From the NCBI GenBank assembly GCA_044892525.1, contig CM097885.1, forward strand, positions 38,814,001 to 38,878,000: a stretch of 64,000 bases of DNA, written 5' to 3'. A program made the translations under genes and the position numbers. The notes beneath the pieces were generated by a model. That model did no database searches. It had not been told where the DNA came from and saw only the letters and a list, made by a program, of their open reading frames with translations. The DNA is from Schmidtea polychroa. Taxonomy: Eukaryota. Positions 50,768-64,000 of this stretch are shown here, piece after piece (positions within the stretch are counted from its first letter, which is position 1; each line of letters begins with the position of its first letter).

Positions 50768-53489
50768 TGTTGGTTACTTAGAGTAAATATTCGTGTACTC
50801 AGTTTACTTCCCTAAGCTTCCTTCACGACTTGCAATCGATCTCCTATACGTGTACTCATGAAGGTGGATCATGTTGGAAATGTACACGCAGGTTGGAATT
50901 TTGGACAGGTGAGCCCCTATGTTAGGACTACTCTCCACAACATTAGCGGAACCGGTTCCTGAGTGCCGATAGAAGGACTTACCTCTTTCTTACATGCATC
51001 TCTGGTCCAATGAGACGATATCAACATTAATCTAATTTACAATGGCAATTTGGACCTAACCATCCTCACAACATAATTAAGCATACTGATAGAATTTTAA
51101 GAAATAATTAGAACCAAATTTTATTATCATACCCGAACTTTAACACACACACTAAATTCATTTGAACCAAGGAGTTGAAATTACAATCACAACTTCCCAG
51201 AAGATTCAGTTCATTACACAAATATAGACGGGAAGATCACAAAATTTTTATCATTGTACTCTCGTGACCCTGTTTTCACGCCATATCTCCTTCGGTCAGC
51301 AGGGCGTCAATGTCTAGCTGCAACCAAGGATCTTACTGATGAGCCGATAAAGCAGACAAAATTATCCGAAAGGTGCTGAGTTGTGCAGTTGGTTTAGGGC
51401 CGATAGTCGCTTTGGCGTTCGCTGACTGAGCTGCGAACAACGATGCTACTAATGCTTCCATTTCCTTTCGTCGTTTTAGCGTCCGTTTGGCGCGAGATGG
51501 ACGTTTCCTCTTTTTTGGATTGAGATTGGTCGAATTCTCAGTATGACTTGAAGGAATGATGAGAGGCGACCCATGGAGAGTGGGTTCCGAAGTGACATGA
51601 CTATTTACTACCCCGTTCAGAATGGGTTCTGCGATTAGAGGAAATTCTGGCCCATGCCCCGTACAGCTCGATGGAACTGGGGCGTTCAATTCGTCCGCTC
51701 GATGATGTAGCGGGAAAACATTTATTCCATCTTTTATCGGGTATTCCCTGACCCGTCTTCTCAACTCCGATTCGGAGTAAACTTGATGTAGGGCCTCTGA
51801 TTGGGCCTTGATGGTCAGTCGCTAACAGCGGCTTTCTTCTAGGAGGCTGTCTCGGCAATGCTCTAGCCTTAGGACTTTCATTTTTTCCTCCTTCATTTGT
51901 GGCGGGGAGAACCACGTATGCTCCAATGCTTCAATGCGTTTCTTTAGAACCCCAATGTGCTCCTGTAATTTCCGGATATCAGCGTTCTTGTCAGCACACG
52001 AAAAACACGGTTTCGGGCCACGCTGAGGCAAATTGGGTTCGGACATGACTGAATTTAATAAACAATTTACAAATCGTAAGTGAAACTGCATTATTACTAC
52101 CTTGACTCCCTCGTCGTGCACGTCACTTGATCATTTACGAACTCAAATTCATCTTAAACTAAGTATCCATATTCATTTTTATCATACGCGACTTGGAGGT
52201 TTATAATCTGTATCGAGTTTATTGCGGATAGGATTTGATCAAAGTTACGGTAAGATGATTCTTAATCACTCAAAAAATCATATTTAAATTGTAAATTCGA
52301 TGAGTGATTTAAGAGAAAACAATTTTTTCTACTTATATTAGAAAACTGGGGATTTATGATAGTCACTAGTGTTCTGTGGATTTGAGAGAATACAGCATTT
52401 TAATTAATTAATTGCGATTATTGTCAATAAAAATATGTACTTTTCATCTTAAATCACTTTTCATTTTTATAACTTAATTGTTCGAATTATACAATTCGTC
52501 GACACTGTGATGATTGGGATTGACACATTTAGTTGAAAATTGAAATTTGTAAACATTCAAAATTATATTTATTCATTCATTTCAAACTTGTAAATAACAT
52601 CGACAATTTCGTAATCTACTGTTTCATATTTTCGTGGAATCGTGTTTATGTTGATATTAATGCCTCGTGTTGGGTTCATCCTGTTGGCGATCAACGTGTA
52701 TACATGACTATGGTGGTTTTGGAAAAATGTTTACAATACACAATGCAATGGTTGACGTTGACTACTTTCGGAGTGTTTATAGGAAAATTAAAACAGTCCT
52801 ATACGAATCGATGTTAGTGAATATGGTGGAAAATCAATCGACTGTGATATGTTTACTACGATGATACGAAAAGATCTAATCTGCCGGAAGTTGGATACCG
52901 AGGAATATTTGTTGATAATAGATAAATTGGCGATTTCAAAAGTACCGAAACTACGTGAACTTTATTGATGGTTTATCTTGGCGGATAATTCGTAGATGGA
53001 TTTACTCGAAAGTGAAGACCTACTAGACATGAAATTGACGATGTCAACGAAAAATGAATTATTGGAAAGATACATTGGAAATATCCTAATCCCCATCTGA
53101 GAGTTTTGTCTAAAATCAGCTAATTATTCGAGAGTAAAATCTAATACGAGGTTCCTGATACCTGTCCCTAGATCCGAAATATTGGAATTGGTATCTGATT
53201 TTCACATGGAATGTCTCCTAACTAACACATTCAATTATGCTACCACTCGAAGATGATACAAAATTTTTTCCGTCAAACTAATTTTTTGGAATTTTCAAAG
53301 TACTCTTGGTCTCGCCACCTACCATGGTTCACCTGGCGACCACCGGTACAAGTACCGATTATCTCCAAACGACCACGATAGACGGGTCAACCCATATTAA
53401 ATTTTTGATAATAATATCCAAATAAAAATAGATAGAAATATGCATGAAATATCAAATCATTATTAATAAAAATTTACCCAGCGACCACA
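50768..53489 (-). mobile_element. LTR-like unit D (2.7 kb, reverse orientation) with cargo ORFs
   Basis: Minus-strand termini TGTGG...CCAACA; splits the hAT ORF. Shares the CCTTCTATCGG motif ~200 bp from its CA end and the TWFSP ORF with unit C. No clean TSD. Confidence 0.65.
51333..52046 (-). pseudogene. TWFSP-family cargo ORF (~237 codons) with one in-frame TAG at 51824-51822
   Basis: ORFs 52121-51822 and 51764-51333 share a frame: MSEPNLPQRGPKPCFSCADK...HTWFSPPQMKEEK...PKKRKRPSRAKRTLKRRK. TTCAG lies just upstream of the ATG. Confidence 0.7.
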
Positions 53490-55374
53490 CCTTTTGTCTC
53501 TGCATATGATAACCCTTGATTCGTTCGTTACTTCATACTTTAGCATACTATACTCAACTCTCACCTCTGCAATTTCTTTTGCCGGTTTAAATCCGCCTCG
53601 GAATGTTTACCTCGTTCCATTGATGCCATCTACTCTTGCTCAGATTTATTATTTCAGTATACTGATCTCGAAAATCATTTTTACCATCATCATTATCATC
53701 TCACTAACTCTGAAGGAGGACTGACCAAAAATAAAAATAAAAAAATCTTGCAACATTTGCAAAAAAATCGACAAATAAAATGTAAAATATATTACCTACA
53801 TTTTTAATCAAAGTCTCGAGTCCGGGAATTTTTTGATGAAAGACTCGAGACAGCGAAAAAACCCTGAAAGTCCCGGGATGTCTCGACGCAGAATCCCTAA
53901 TTTTAAATGAAGAAAAGTCGAAAATCTACTCTCGCAGAGATATGTAGATACAAATGAAACTAAAACTCCTCATATTTTGGTATCAGTGATACATACTACA
54001 CCAGAAATGTGTGATCAATTTTTCATTAAAAAACTTACGTGCCAAGAAATCATTCCTCAAATACAAGAATTCATCTTGTAATTTACCAGGAAGGCTGGCT
54101 TCATCAATGGAGTAGAGAATGGATTTCGTGTCAATGTAGTCTTTTCTTCTTTCAGCTCAGGGAAGTAAGGCTGGAGTTCGTTTTCAAGGGATTTAAGATA
54201 CCAATTAATCTCCACTTTCAAATTTTCATTTATTTTTCTTCGCCAGTTTTGCAGCTTTGATAAAAATTCCTCGAGATTATCGTGAAATGCGATAATATTC
54301 GTTTCCTTTTCATGAAGTGTTAGAACAACGCTATTTTGCTGTTATAATATATCTGCTAGATATGCTACTCTTTTCAACCAAGCTTTGTAGTTAAAGTATA
54401 CCTAAAAGTCAAGTTTCCCTTTTATCAGCGAATGAAGTACCTCTTATAGAGGAGTTGGAAGAGTCTTACTGCCAAGAACATACCGGTGAATAATGCAGTG
54501 GGTTCCCCTGGTTTGGCGACTTAGTTCCTATACTTTTTTCCTGAAAATCCGGTTTTTGACCCAAGTATAGATGGCGCACCATCCGTACAAACTCCACAGA
54601 CGTTTCCCAACTTTAATCTTCTACATAATATCTTCACTTTTTGTAGTAATTTCAAGTCCACTACAAAATAAGAACTCTTGTTTGATATCATCTGAATGAA
54701 TATATTTCACGAAGACAAGCAACTGATGACGTCTGTTGATTCATTAACTTGAAAAAAAAACAGCAGTGAAACCTTGATTTCATTCAAATTCTGCTCTTTA
54801 ACATCTACGGATATATCTGACATAGGCCACTGATTAGTATTATTAGATATTCAATGCATCTTTAATTCACTAGAAGTCCTAAGAATTAATTTCAGTGTCT
54901 TCAACATGTAAGGTTTGATTAGTTTTTCTCCAATTGCGTGAGAATTTTTTGCTTGGCAATTTCCAATGCAACTTAATATTATAATCAACACTGGCTATTT
55001 AGTCATAAATAACCCAGTCACGATGCTTCCTGTACAAAGTGTTCAATAAAACTAAAAATATTCTGAAGGACTTTCATTAGTCTGTTTATTTTTAAGATAG
55101 CTGACAATAGCAAACACACGCACACAGGAATCACATAATCGCTAAGGACAGGCCTGAATAATAATCGATTTTTTTAAACATAAATAATTTATACTTTTAT
55201 AGATATTTAAAATAATCTTTTTTTCTCTGATATTTGACTACAGTAACTAATTTTATTATCGGTGTCCGTAGAAGACATTTTTGCACTTTTAAAAATTCAA
55301 CAACCGTAAATGTACACGCCAACCGAACCTCCCGATCAACAAACCAATACTGCCCTGTTGATTAGTAAGCATCG

Positions 55375-57043
55375 GTGCGTATATTGTTTTGGACCATTAG
55401 CCGTTGAAAATAAATTAAAAATCTATATCTAGAACCATTTTGTCCGTACCATCCGTATATATGGTTCTAGATTTAAATAGAATAATAAGTTTAGAATTCT
55501 TTTCAAAGCATTTAATTAATTATTGTCTTAACACATAAGTAAGTTGTTTTTATTTAGCATACGTGGCTCTTTCCGTCTTTCGTTTAATAATAATAAAGAC
55601 AATCGAAAAATCTAGACAATATATAAATTATAATGAATAAATAAATTTAAAAAAAACTGGTGTCAAACATCTGCTCAGTTAGAATGTTTCGTTTATGCTT
55701 AAATAGTAAACACTTTAGCTATACAGTGTCTGTCAGACAATATTTATATTGAGCACGTGCGCAATCTCTCCCAAATATGTAACCGGATTTGATTGTTATA
55801 ATGGACTACCGTGGTGTGGAGTGCTTCATTGATGCGGACGTATTCTTCGTATTTCTGGTTGTTGACCTAGTTCAAGTTGACGACGATGAAGTTGGGTGCT
55901 ATGTTGCTCCTGTTGTAATTTTCACGGATGAGTAAAACCAACGACGTTATTCAAAGCATTGTGCCAACCCTCGATTGCATTGTTGCTGCGAGGCAGTTTA
56001 TCGATGACTCTCGATTATCGATTCCACAGCTCAATCGCGAATTTTGGTGGACCTCTTCTTTCTCTTCTTTGCCTGCCGATGAAGTTGCCCTCCATGTAAT
56101 CACAGATGACTTCAATTTCTTGGTACGCTGGATTCACAGTCATAATTTCGAAAACTTCTATGATGAAATCTTCTGGAATGAATGCTAGACCAAGAAGACG
56201 CTTGACAATAAGCACGAAATCCGGCCATCTTTGTAATGTTCTGAAAAACCTTTTGACTGTAGTTTCTTCCAGAGGCACTGACCAAAGTGAAACATGATTC
56301 CATTTATTGTTGCCGTTGGAAATATATTCTGAAAGGCTCGAATTACTGCCAATTCAAAATCAAATACAACCGATACTGGATTCAAACCTGCTCGCTAGTT
56401 GATAATTTCTTGAAGAAGTTGTTGATATGCTTGTTGGTTCTCTCGCATAGTAATGCGTAGACTGTAGGAAGAAATTCTCTGTTAAGAAAGCCATGTACTG
56501 TGTAGAGTTGATCAAATCCATTCGGGACTACTCGAAATGTTCCATCAGCAAACCAATGTTGGCATCTTGAAAGGAAATCAAAATCAGGATCATATTGTCT
56601 CGGTTAACACGGATGAATGGACGGTTGCTCTATGTCAGAGAATACACCATTCTTGTTTGTCACTCGGTCCAGTCAGTTGCTGATGTCTTCGTACATCTCG
56701 TGATAAAGTTTGACGTTTTGGGAATAGATGAGCTGCTACAAGAGGAACACTCATCCGCTCATTCTGAACAATTGATCGCGTTGATTTTTCACTTGCTTCG
56801 GCTCTCCTTTTCATGTTAATACGAGCCTTTTCAACCTCATCTTGTCCATGAGTGATTGTGTGATTGTGAACTCCAACTTCAAGGACAATTGCATTTGCAC
56901 ATGTTAAGAAGTCATGCATTGTACGTTCTTCTTTCACAACGCCAGAGCTCCTTGCCATCACTGACATCGGTGTTCTTGTTAAATAAATAACCTTGAACTA
57001 TAAGCTTACGAGTCCCCTTTTGAGATGTAACAAATTCTAGCAT
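55375..57043 (-). mobile_element. Decayed MULE (Mutator-like) element with an N-terminal FLYWCH domain
   Basis: MLEFVTSQKGTRKLIVQGYLFNK, HNH, WFADGTFRVVP, VVFDFELAVIRAF and FHFGQCLWK, with many frameshifts. Confidence 0.88.
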
Positions 57044-59039
57044 GGCGAAAAATATAATAAATTATAATAAAAATTAATAAATAATAATAAATAAATAAAT
57101 AAAATATTCAATATATTAAATCAAATCTATAGATAAATAAATACTATAGTGATTAACTAATTACGCAATAACATGCTTTCTAAAATCATTACTCTCAAAC
57201 TCAACATACATGTTTCAACCAACTGTGACAAAATAGCGTAAATAGATTACACTTATTTTAATTTAAAAAAATATGAAATTATTCAAGACATCATTAAAAA
57301 TAAAAAATTGCGATACAGTGAATATTTATTTTAGTTGACTGTATAAGTTAGCGACCCCACAGAAAACCCATCGCCGTCTATAGGTGCTCTAATTTCTTTC
57401 TTTCGTGGTATTTATCATATGTTAATTAATGTCAGTCATTTTCTGTACATGTAGATGACTTTCTCGTTGATTTGCAACTATAAATAGTTGAATCGCTCTC
57501 AAATCCATTATTAATGCAAGATTATTATAAAATTTTTGAAAATTTCCTCTTAAAATAGGTAAAGAAACGGTCTCCTAAGTTGAAAAGTGATTACATTTTT
57601 TTATCAAATCACAAAACTATAAAAGATTTAGAAGATTTGTTTAGAAATGTTAAATTCCTTAAGATAAATCAACAAATCCAAGAAAAATGCAAAATCACTA
57701 ATTCAATTATTCAATCTTCATTTTCTTTGCATTGATGATCTAAAAATTCAATAACTATCTAACAAACATATTTTAAGAAAAATATTATTTTAATAAATCC
57801 TAACATAGAAACTTTAAGTGGGTCACAAATAAATAATGTATTAATCAGCTGAGCAAAAAGAGTCGTTAATTGTTACGGTCTAATGATAGTTTCGTTACTA
57901 AAATTTGTTTGATAGAAAATGGATAAAATTCTATCAATTTATTACTGATTCTATCAGTTGATGAAATTTTTATTAATTTTTATCAAACCTAATTTTAATG
58001 GTGCCATTTAAATTTAATTCTATGAATGGTTCATTCTCTAAAGAAGATCCGTCAATCTTATTTATTTTATTAGTGTTTATATTATCAACTATAATATCAT
58101 TTATTGTATTTATATTATCATTATTTACAGTATTTATAATATTAAAGTCATCGTCACTGACTTCATTTTTTATACTTCAACGGCTTCGGTTTTAATAATT
58201 TTATTTGGTATATTATTTGCACTATTTTCATTAGGTCTTTTATTTTCTGAAGAATTTTTTTGTAATTTTTGTATTATTTTTTATATTTTTTGAATTATTT
58301 TGCATATTATTTACAATTTCTATATTATTTTTATTAATTAACCTAAACATTTCTTTTTTATTAGTTTTAAATAAGGTCAAGTGTTTTTTATGCTCTCCAT
58401 AAAACTACTTTATACCTAACGCTCTGGGATATTTTACATATGTCATTGATGTCATCAATTTATGACCATAATATTTTTTCATGACATTGTTTGCCATAAA
58501 GTAACAAGAGTAAAAAGTATCTGATAAAAAATTAAATTAAATATATATAGTAATTGATATGAATTAAAATAATTGACAATATTAAATGAAATAAAGTTAT
58601 TCATAAGAAATTTCAGTTAATATTATCAATTATAAAATCAATAAATATAAATAGTATTTTTGTAAAAGGTATTATAGAATCTGCATAAAAATTATTTTAT
58701 ATAAAATCTTTAAAATTGATATTTTATTGCCATCATACTCATAAATTTATATTATCGTATAAAATCATTAATAGGACTGCTATCATCATTATTTGTATTA
58801 TATTCATAAAATCTATATTTTAAATAATCATTATTATTATCATAAAATAAACAATCCTAATCCTTATAAAAAATAAAAACTAAGAATCAGAATCAGAATC
58901 AGAATCATGGTTGCATTATTAAGGTCATTATTTCCAATGAGAGCCGCGTTATTTGGAGCATCGTTGAAATTATTATTATTGGATTGATCTAATTAAATAT
59001 TTCAAATGATAATAAATAAAAATAACAAAAACATTTAAA

Positions 59040-59611
59040 CATTTATTATAATTTATAATAAACCTTATTACAGGCAAATACAACAAATAATACAATAGCT
59101 AGTTTTAATAAGTTTTTTAACTTCTCACGATTTTCATCATACCTTTTGGCTCTTGCGGCGATTACAATATTCCATCCACCGTCAGCATCCACTCACGGAG
59201 CAATTTTTGATTCAATTATCTAAATAATAATAATAAATAGAATAAAATAATATACCTCTACAGACCACTGAAAATACTTTTCATAGTTGAAGCCAGATTT
59301 ATTCATAATTTGCTTCATGAATGATAAACCTACGATTATCTAATTTCCATTTAATTTTATTATCAAATAATTCGTCAAATATTCCTTTGAACCAATTTTC
59401 TTTTGGTAGACTGTCTTCAATTTTAGAATGCTAGCCTATTTCAAAAGAGTGTCTTCAACTATTTTCTCTGTGCGATTGACGAGATGTAATAGATTTTTGA
59501 GGACCTCATTATATTCATTATTAGTAATTTAGTTTATGATATTTTTTTAATAAAATAAACGTTTGAAAGATTATTCATTTATATGACCTTTGACTTATCA
59601 GCGTCATCCAT
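59040..59611 (-). pseudogene. Bcl-2-family (BH1-BH2-TM) pseudogene with a 36-nt intron (59255-59220)
   Basis: WFKGIFDELFDNKIKWKL/IIVGLSFMKQI (BH1-like) ... QWSVE|IIESKIAP*VDADGGWNIV (BH2, W->TGA at 59195-59193) ... KLKNLLKLAIVLFVVFAC (TM tail). About 3 frameshifts. Confidence 0.68.
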
Positions 59612-59702
59612 TCATATTGTTATATCTTTGTTAATCATGCTCTTCTATTACACATGACTTTGTTAATCAAATTTAAAATCAAAAACAAAAATCATATTAA
59701 TA

Positions 59703-61311
59703 TCGTGTTTTCCTTATTTGAAGCCCCGGGTTTGTATTGTAAATTTTCATAAAAACTATTAAAAATTGAGATAAGGCTTATAAAAAGAAAAGTTGAATGT
59801 ATGTCTATGAATCCAAACTTATATTATAAAGTAAAATAAAGAAACCAAACCAAAACCCAGTTAAATATTTTATTCATGTCTCTCATCATCACTGATTATT
59901 ACTAGATCATCTTCTTCCGGGACATTTACTTCGTTTGGCAATACTGGCATCATCGATAATGACTGAATGATCATTGGACCAAGCCTTTCATGTTTATAAA
60001 TATGACTATTTTCGAAACCGCTGGAAGGATAGTAATACCCGGCTATTGAAGCATTACTAATTATCTGAGTCGTGATTTTATCCCATGATTTTCTAACTCA
60101 ACAAGCAACTTCCTCGATCGCGGGCTTTTTAAAATTCCCTCTAATATTCCGTTCAGCTTTTTGCTCCATATATTCGTTGATTTCATTTTTTAGTTGATCT
60201 TTAAATGGTTTGTTCACACATATATCCAAATATTGTAGATAGCTAGTAGTTCCAGAAGGGATCATTATCTGATGAATTTTTCGGGTATTCAGATATTCCT
60301 TCATTTTAATTGCTCTATGCGTAATCGCCGAGTCCCATATTAAGAGTTCTTTTTTATTGCCCCGTTTAATTATAGGAAGACTGATATTAATATATTTTTT
60401 CAATATTTCTACTGTACTCCATGCCTTTTCAGAATTAACCACATAAACCCCACTTGTCATGCATATACTTTCATTTTTGCCTTTGTTGATAATAAAAGGG
60501 GGTAGTTTTTCGCCGTTCAATCGAATTCCCAAAATGAAAGTTATCCGAAAAATTTCATAACCAGTAGACGGAATTGTAATTGAATTTGCTCCTCGCCGTT
60601 CCAAAGTAGTTTGTGAGTTCAAATGGCGGTTTCATCTACAGCTATGCAAAAATTCGAATCATAGGAAGACAAATCAATTGAACCTACATAATTTTTAAAA
60701 TCAATCGCCCTGCATACTGTTTCAGCATCAGTTATTTTGAAAAGTGTTGTGGATCTTCTTATGCTTATTTCATGTCTCTTCATAAATCCATCCAACCAAT
60801 GACTTGAAGCGCCAAAATTATCTATACAACATTCTTTTGGTATATCTATGGCATATTGGATGACATCTTTTCTTTTCACGACAAGATGCGCAGACCTTTT
60901 TTCCGCGAACCAAGTAAAAATTTCATTCTCTAATTCTGCAATTACAGGCTTCCGACCCGCACCCACCCGTCGTTTTGCTTGTAAATCCCAACTTAAATTT
61001 TCAATACCGATTTCATTCTTCCATCTCCGCACCATTTTTATATCCAACCCATGCTTTCTACAGACATTGCTCAAATCGCTATTTATGAACTCCTCCAGAA
61101 TTGATGTTTTGTATGACTGTGTATAGCTATTTCTTGGCATTGTTTTGAGTTTGGAAATTTAAATTTTAAAAAATCGTTGAAAGTATATAAATAATATGTT
61201 TTTAAATATTCCATAGGGCTTATATTGGGGATAGGGCTTTTATTAATAAATTTTACAAAAAGGGGAGGAGGGATTCAAATACGGATAGGACTTCAAATGG
61301 GAAAAACACGG
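59703..61311 (-). mobile_element. pogo-family transposon with a frameshift (~60620) and a TGA (60100-60098)
   Basis: TIR (T/C)CGTGTTTT...ATTTGAAG with TA TSD. CENP-B HTH (FGASSHWLDGFMKRH). Motifs VDETA, IWDSAITH and QYLDICVNKPFK. Confidence 0.93.
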
Positions 61312-61399
61312 TACATTTATTTAAATTATATAATAATTCAAAATAAATAATGGAAATTTAAATATTAATGACTTGTTTGTAGAGTTTGCCGATTTTAAT

Positions 61400-62608
61400 T
61401 TCGGTTTTATGGACTGACGATTGATTTTTCTAAATTCTTACATTAAAATATTGAACTGATATTTTGATTTATTTGAGTATGTTTTTAGGGAATGTTGAAG
61501 ATTATCATTTGATTTACCATTGATTTTTCTATTTTCAATTAATGCAAGTATTGAATTTTTAAAGTAGTTTTATTAGTAACAAGGGTTCTATTAAAATACT
61601 GAATGTCTTCATATATGATGATGAAACATTGTCAAACTACTGCTTTTTTGTTTGTACCTTTTCTAATTTCCTCTCTGATTTTTAAAAGTTCTGGGTCTCT
61701 CACTTGTTCCTCATATATTTCTATGGGGTGTTCAGCTACTAACGCAAAGATTTCTAATGCTTCTAACTTAATGATTTTTGATAATGAGTCCACATTTCTG
61801 TTGATCCTTCCTGGTTTATATATAATTTTAATATGCATGTCTTGTATCTTCATTGCCCATTTCAATAATCTACTTGATGTATCCTTGTGCTTCCATAGCC
61901 CTTCTAATGGTTTATGGTCTTTTCTAATAACTACATCTGTTCCATATATGTATGGCCTAAATTGTTTTAGCGCAAAAACTATGGCATAACATTCCTTTTC
62001 TATTTTTGAATATCTTAACTGTGCACCTTTTAATGTTTTACTTGCATAAGCTATTACATAATCTTTACATTTTTCTTCTTCTTGTCCTAAGACTGCCCCT
62101 ACGGCCTTCCCGCTGGCATCCGTCATAACTATAAATTGTTTTATAAAGTTTGGGTATCTTAATATTGGCGCAGTTACTAATTTTTCTTTTAATTGATCAA
62201 AAGCTAATTGATGTTTTGCTGTCCATCTCTTTTGTGGTTTATTGATTTTATCGTTTATACTTTGTACTATTAACACATTTTTACTTTCTCCCTTGGTTTT
62301 TATTCCTTTAGTTAATTCTATCATCGGTGCTGCTATTTTTGCATAGTCTTGTATAAATTTAATAATACCCTGTTAAACCTAAAAATCCTTGCACTTGTTG
62401 TAATGTTTTTTGTGACTGGAAACTTTTTCACTGCTTCAATTTTATCTGGGTTTGTTGTTATATCCTCCACACTAACAATATGTCCCAAAAACAACGCTGT
62501 GGGCTCTGCCCATTTGGTTTAATCTTTATACTTTTATAGCCTTTCTTAATCGCTGTAATACGTTTGTAATGTCTTTTAAATGTTCCTCAAATGTTTTTGA
62601 TGATATTA
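61400..62608 (-). mobile_element. Ty3/gypsy pol fragment (RT C-terminus + RNase H); integrase core absent
   Basis: SKTFEEHLKDITNVLQRL, FLGHIVS, VMTDASGKAVGAVL, YSKIEKECYAIVFAL and DHKPL. Cut by the Tigger at 62609, just after the expected YxDD position. Confidence 0.93.
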
Positions 62609-64000
62609 CAGTGAAACCTCTCTAATAGGACCACCCTTGGTTCCGGACCAAAAGTGGTCTTTAAGGGAGGTGGTCCTATTAGAGAGGATTTTATTTTTAT
62701 AAAGAAAACTAGACTTAAATTGAAGATTTTATTATAAAAACTCATCTAAAGTTGTTTGTCTCTTCGATTTGGCTTCACTGCTATCAAAAACTATCATATT
62801 CGTCAACTTTTGTTCAGCTTGAAACATTATGTCAACTAATTTATTGTCACCCAGTTCCATTCCAAGATTCTTAATCTGCTGAATATAAGATAAAGATGTT
62901 TTTAAATCAATTTTTGGTAAATCAGATTCTTCTTCGTTTGGTTCAGAAACCTCACTTGATGCATCATCCAAACTAGTGTAAGAAGAAATCAGTTTTTCTT
63001 CCCAGTCACTCTCAAAACAGTTTTGTTCAAGAGAAATGACAAGCTCACTAAGGTCAAAGTCGAAATCAAGCTTCTTAGTTAAATCTGTTACGTCTTGTTC
63101 GATCTCAGTTATAATATCTGGTTTAACCGTGATATCCGAGCAGAACCCACATTTTTTAAAACAGCTCTCAACTGTTGACGGCTTAACAGCATTCCAAGAC
63201 TCCTTTACAAACTCAACAACATTAGAGAGATTGATTTTTTTCAACAACTCTTCTACATTGGCAGTTGTTTCATAAAACGACAATAATGAAGAGAGCATTC
63301 TTTTTTAATATTCCAGCTTGAAAGATCTAATTATACCTTGGTCTAAAGGCTGAGATTTGCTGGTAGTATTTGCAGGAAGAAATGCAAATTTTATATTGCT
63401 TAAATCCATTTTAGGATGACACGTTGCATTATCCAATACTATCAGGATTCTTCTCTTTTCTTTTAAAAGCTTCTCATTGAACTTGGTACACCATTCCTTG
63501 AAAATTGTACTGGTCACCCAAGCCTTTCTATTTGCATGCCATTCAACACCCATTTTAGACATATCGATGTTTTTGAAGCACCTAGGCCTTAAAGATTTAT
63601 TAATTATGACCGGTGGCTCTTTTTCTCCCAACATATTAACACAAAGCATGATTGTTATTCTTTGTTTGGATTTTTTACTTCCATATGTTTTTTCTCCAGC
63701 ACGACCCAAAGATTTCCCTGGCAACATTTTATAGAATAAAGCAGTCTCATCTATGTTGTAGATATCTTTCTTTTCATAGTTTGTAATAACATCTGGGATT
63801 TTCGAAAACCAATCTGATAGAACAGATGGTTCTACGGAAGCAGATTCACCTGATAAAACCCTCAAAGTAATATTGTTTCTCTTGAGGAATTTCTCCAACC
63901 AGCCATTACTAGCTTTAAACACATTGTTGTTTAGACTAATAGCTATCTTCTTATTTGATGCTTTGTAGTATGTCGTCCATATAAACTGCTCAATGTTGTA
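62609..64000 (-). mobile_element. Tigger/pogo transposon running off the window; transposase has an in-frame TAA (63307-63305)
   Basis: TA|CAGTGAAACCTCTCTAATAGGACCAC TIR. Motifs FKASNGWLEKF, NIDETAL, VLDNATCH and QPLDQG. Confidence 0.94.

Larger units (their letters stand above)
50164..53899 (-). mobile_element. hAT transposon hosting unit D
   Basis: TIR TAGGAATTCT / AGAATCCCTA with a perfect 8-bp TSD ATTTTAAA (50156-50163, 53900-53907). Motifs FSLTMDEWTS, TTDGASVM and CINHAI. Confidence 0.9.
49759..57380 (-). mobile_element. Decayed Buster/Charlie-type hAT element hosting nested insertions; ends approximate
   Basis: CATAGGTTCCCAACCTTTT end at 49759. Minus-strand fragments at 53950-55000: HAIGEKLIKP, DDIKQEFLFCSGLEITTK, VCGVCTDGAPS, HCIIHR. 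Confidence 0.65.

Overview
AT-rich eukaryotic genomic DNA with very short (43-73 nt) GT-AG introns. The composition and transposon set suggest a flatworm such as a planarian, but this is tentative. Two host genes can be assembled by hand, both on the minus strand: a complete six-exon COQ4 (15045->9338) and a two-exon ~786-aa low-complexity protein with a divergent C-terminal KH-like domain (28098->20441). Bases 1-4216 are repeated almost exactly at 12796-17011, which duplicates the 5' half of COQ4. Most of the rest is nested transposons: Penelope-like elements carrying minimal hammerhead ribozymes, Tigger/pogo, an intron-containing Tc1, several hAT elements and MITEs with target-site duplications (TSDs), a FLYWCH-MULE, and Ty3/gypsy fragments. 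Two observations stand out. (1) A family of multi-kb TG...CA LTR-like units (35038-37421, 35032/37426-~38950, 42177-48636, 50768-53489) has a structured 3' module with compensatory changes, and two units carry small GC-rich cargo genes: an AT-hook protein and a CxxC/coiled-coil/'TWFSP'/basic-tail family. (2) A decayed, spliced Bcl-2-like gene (BH1, BH2 and transmembrane tail), missed by the ORF track, lies co-oriented just downstream of a gypsy pol. An isolated 69-nt 5' end of 18S rRNA is also present. All alignments and translations were done by eye; no database searches were run.
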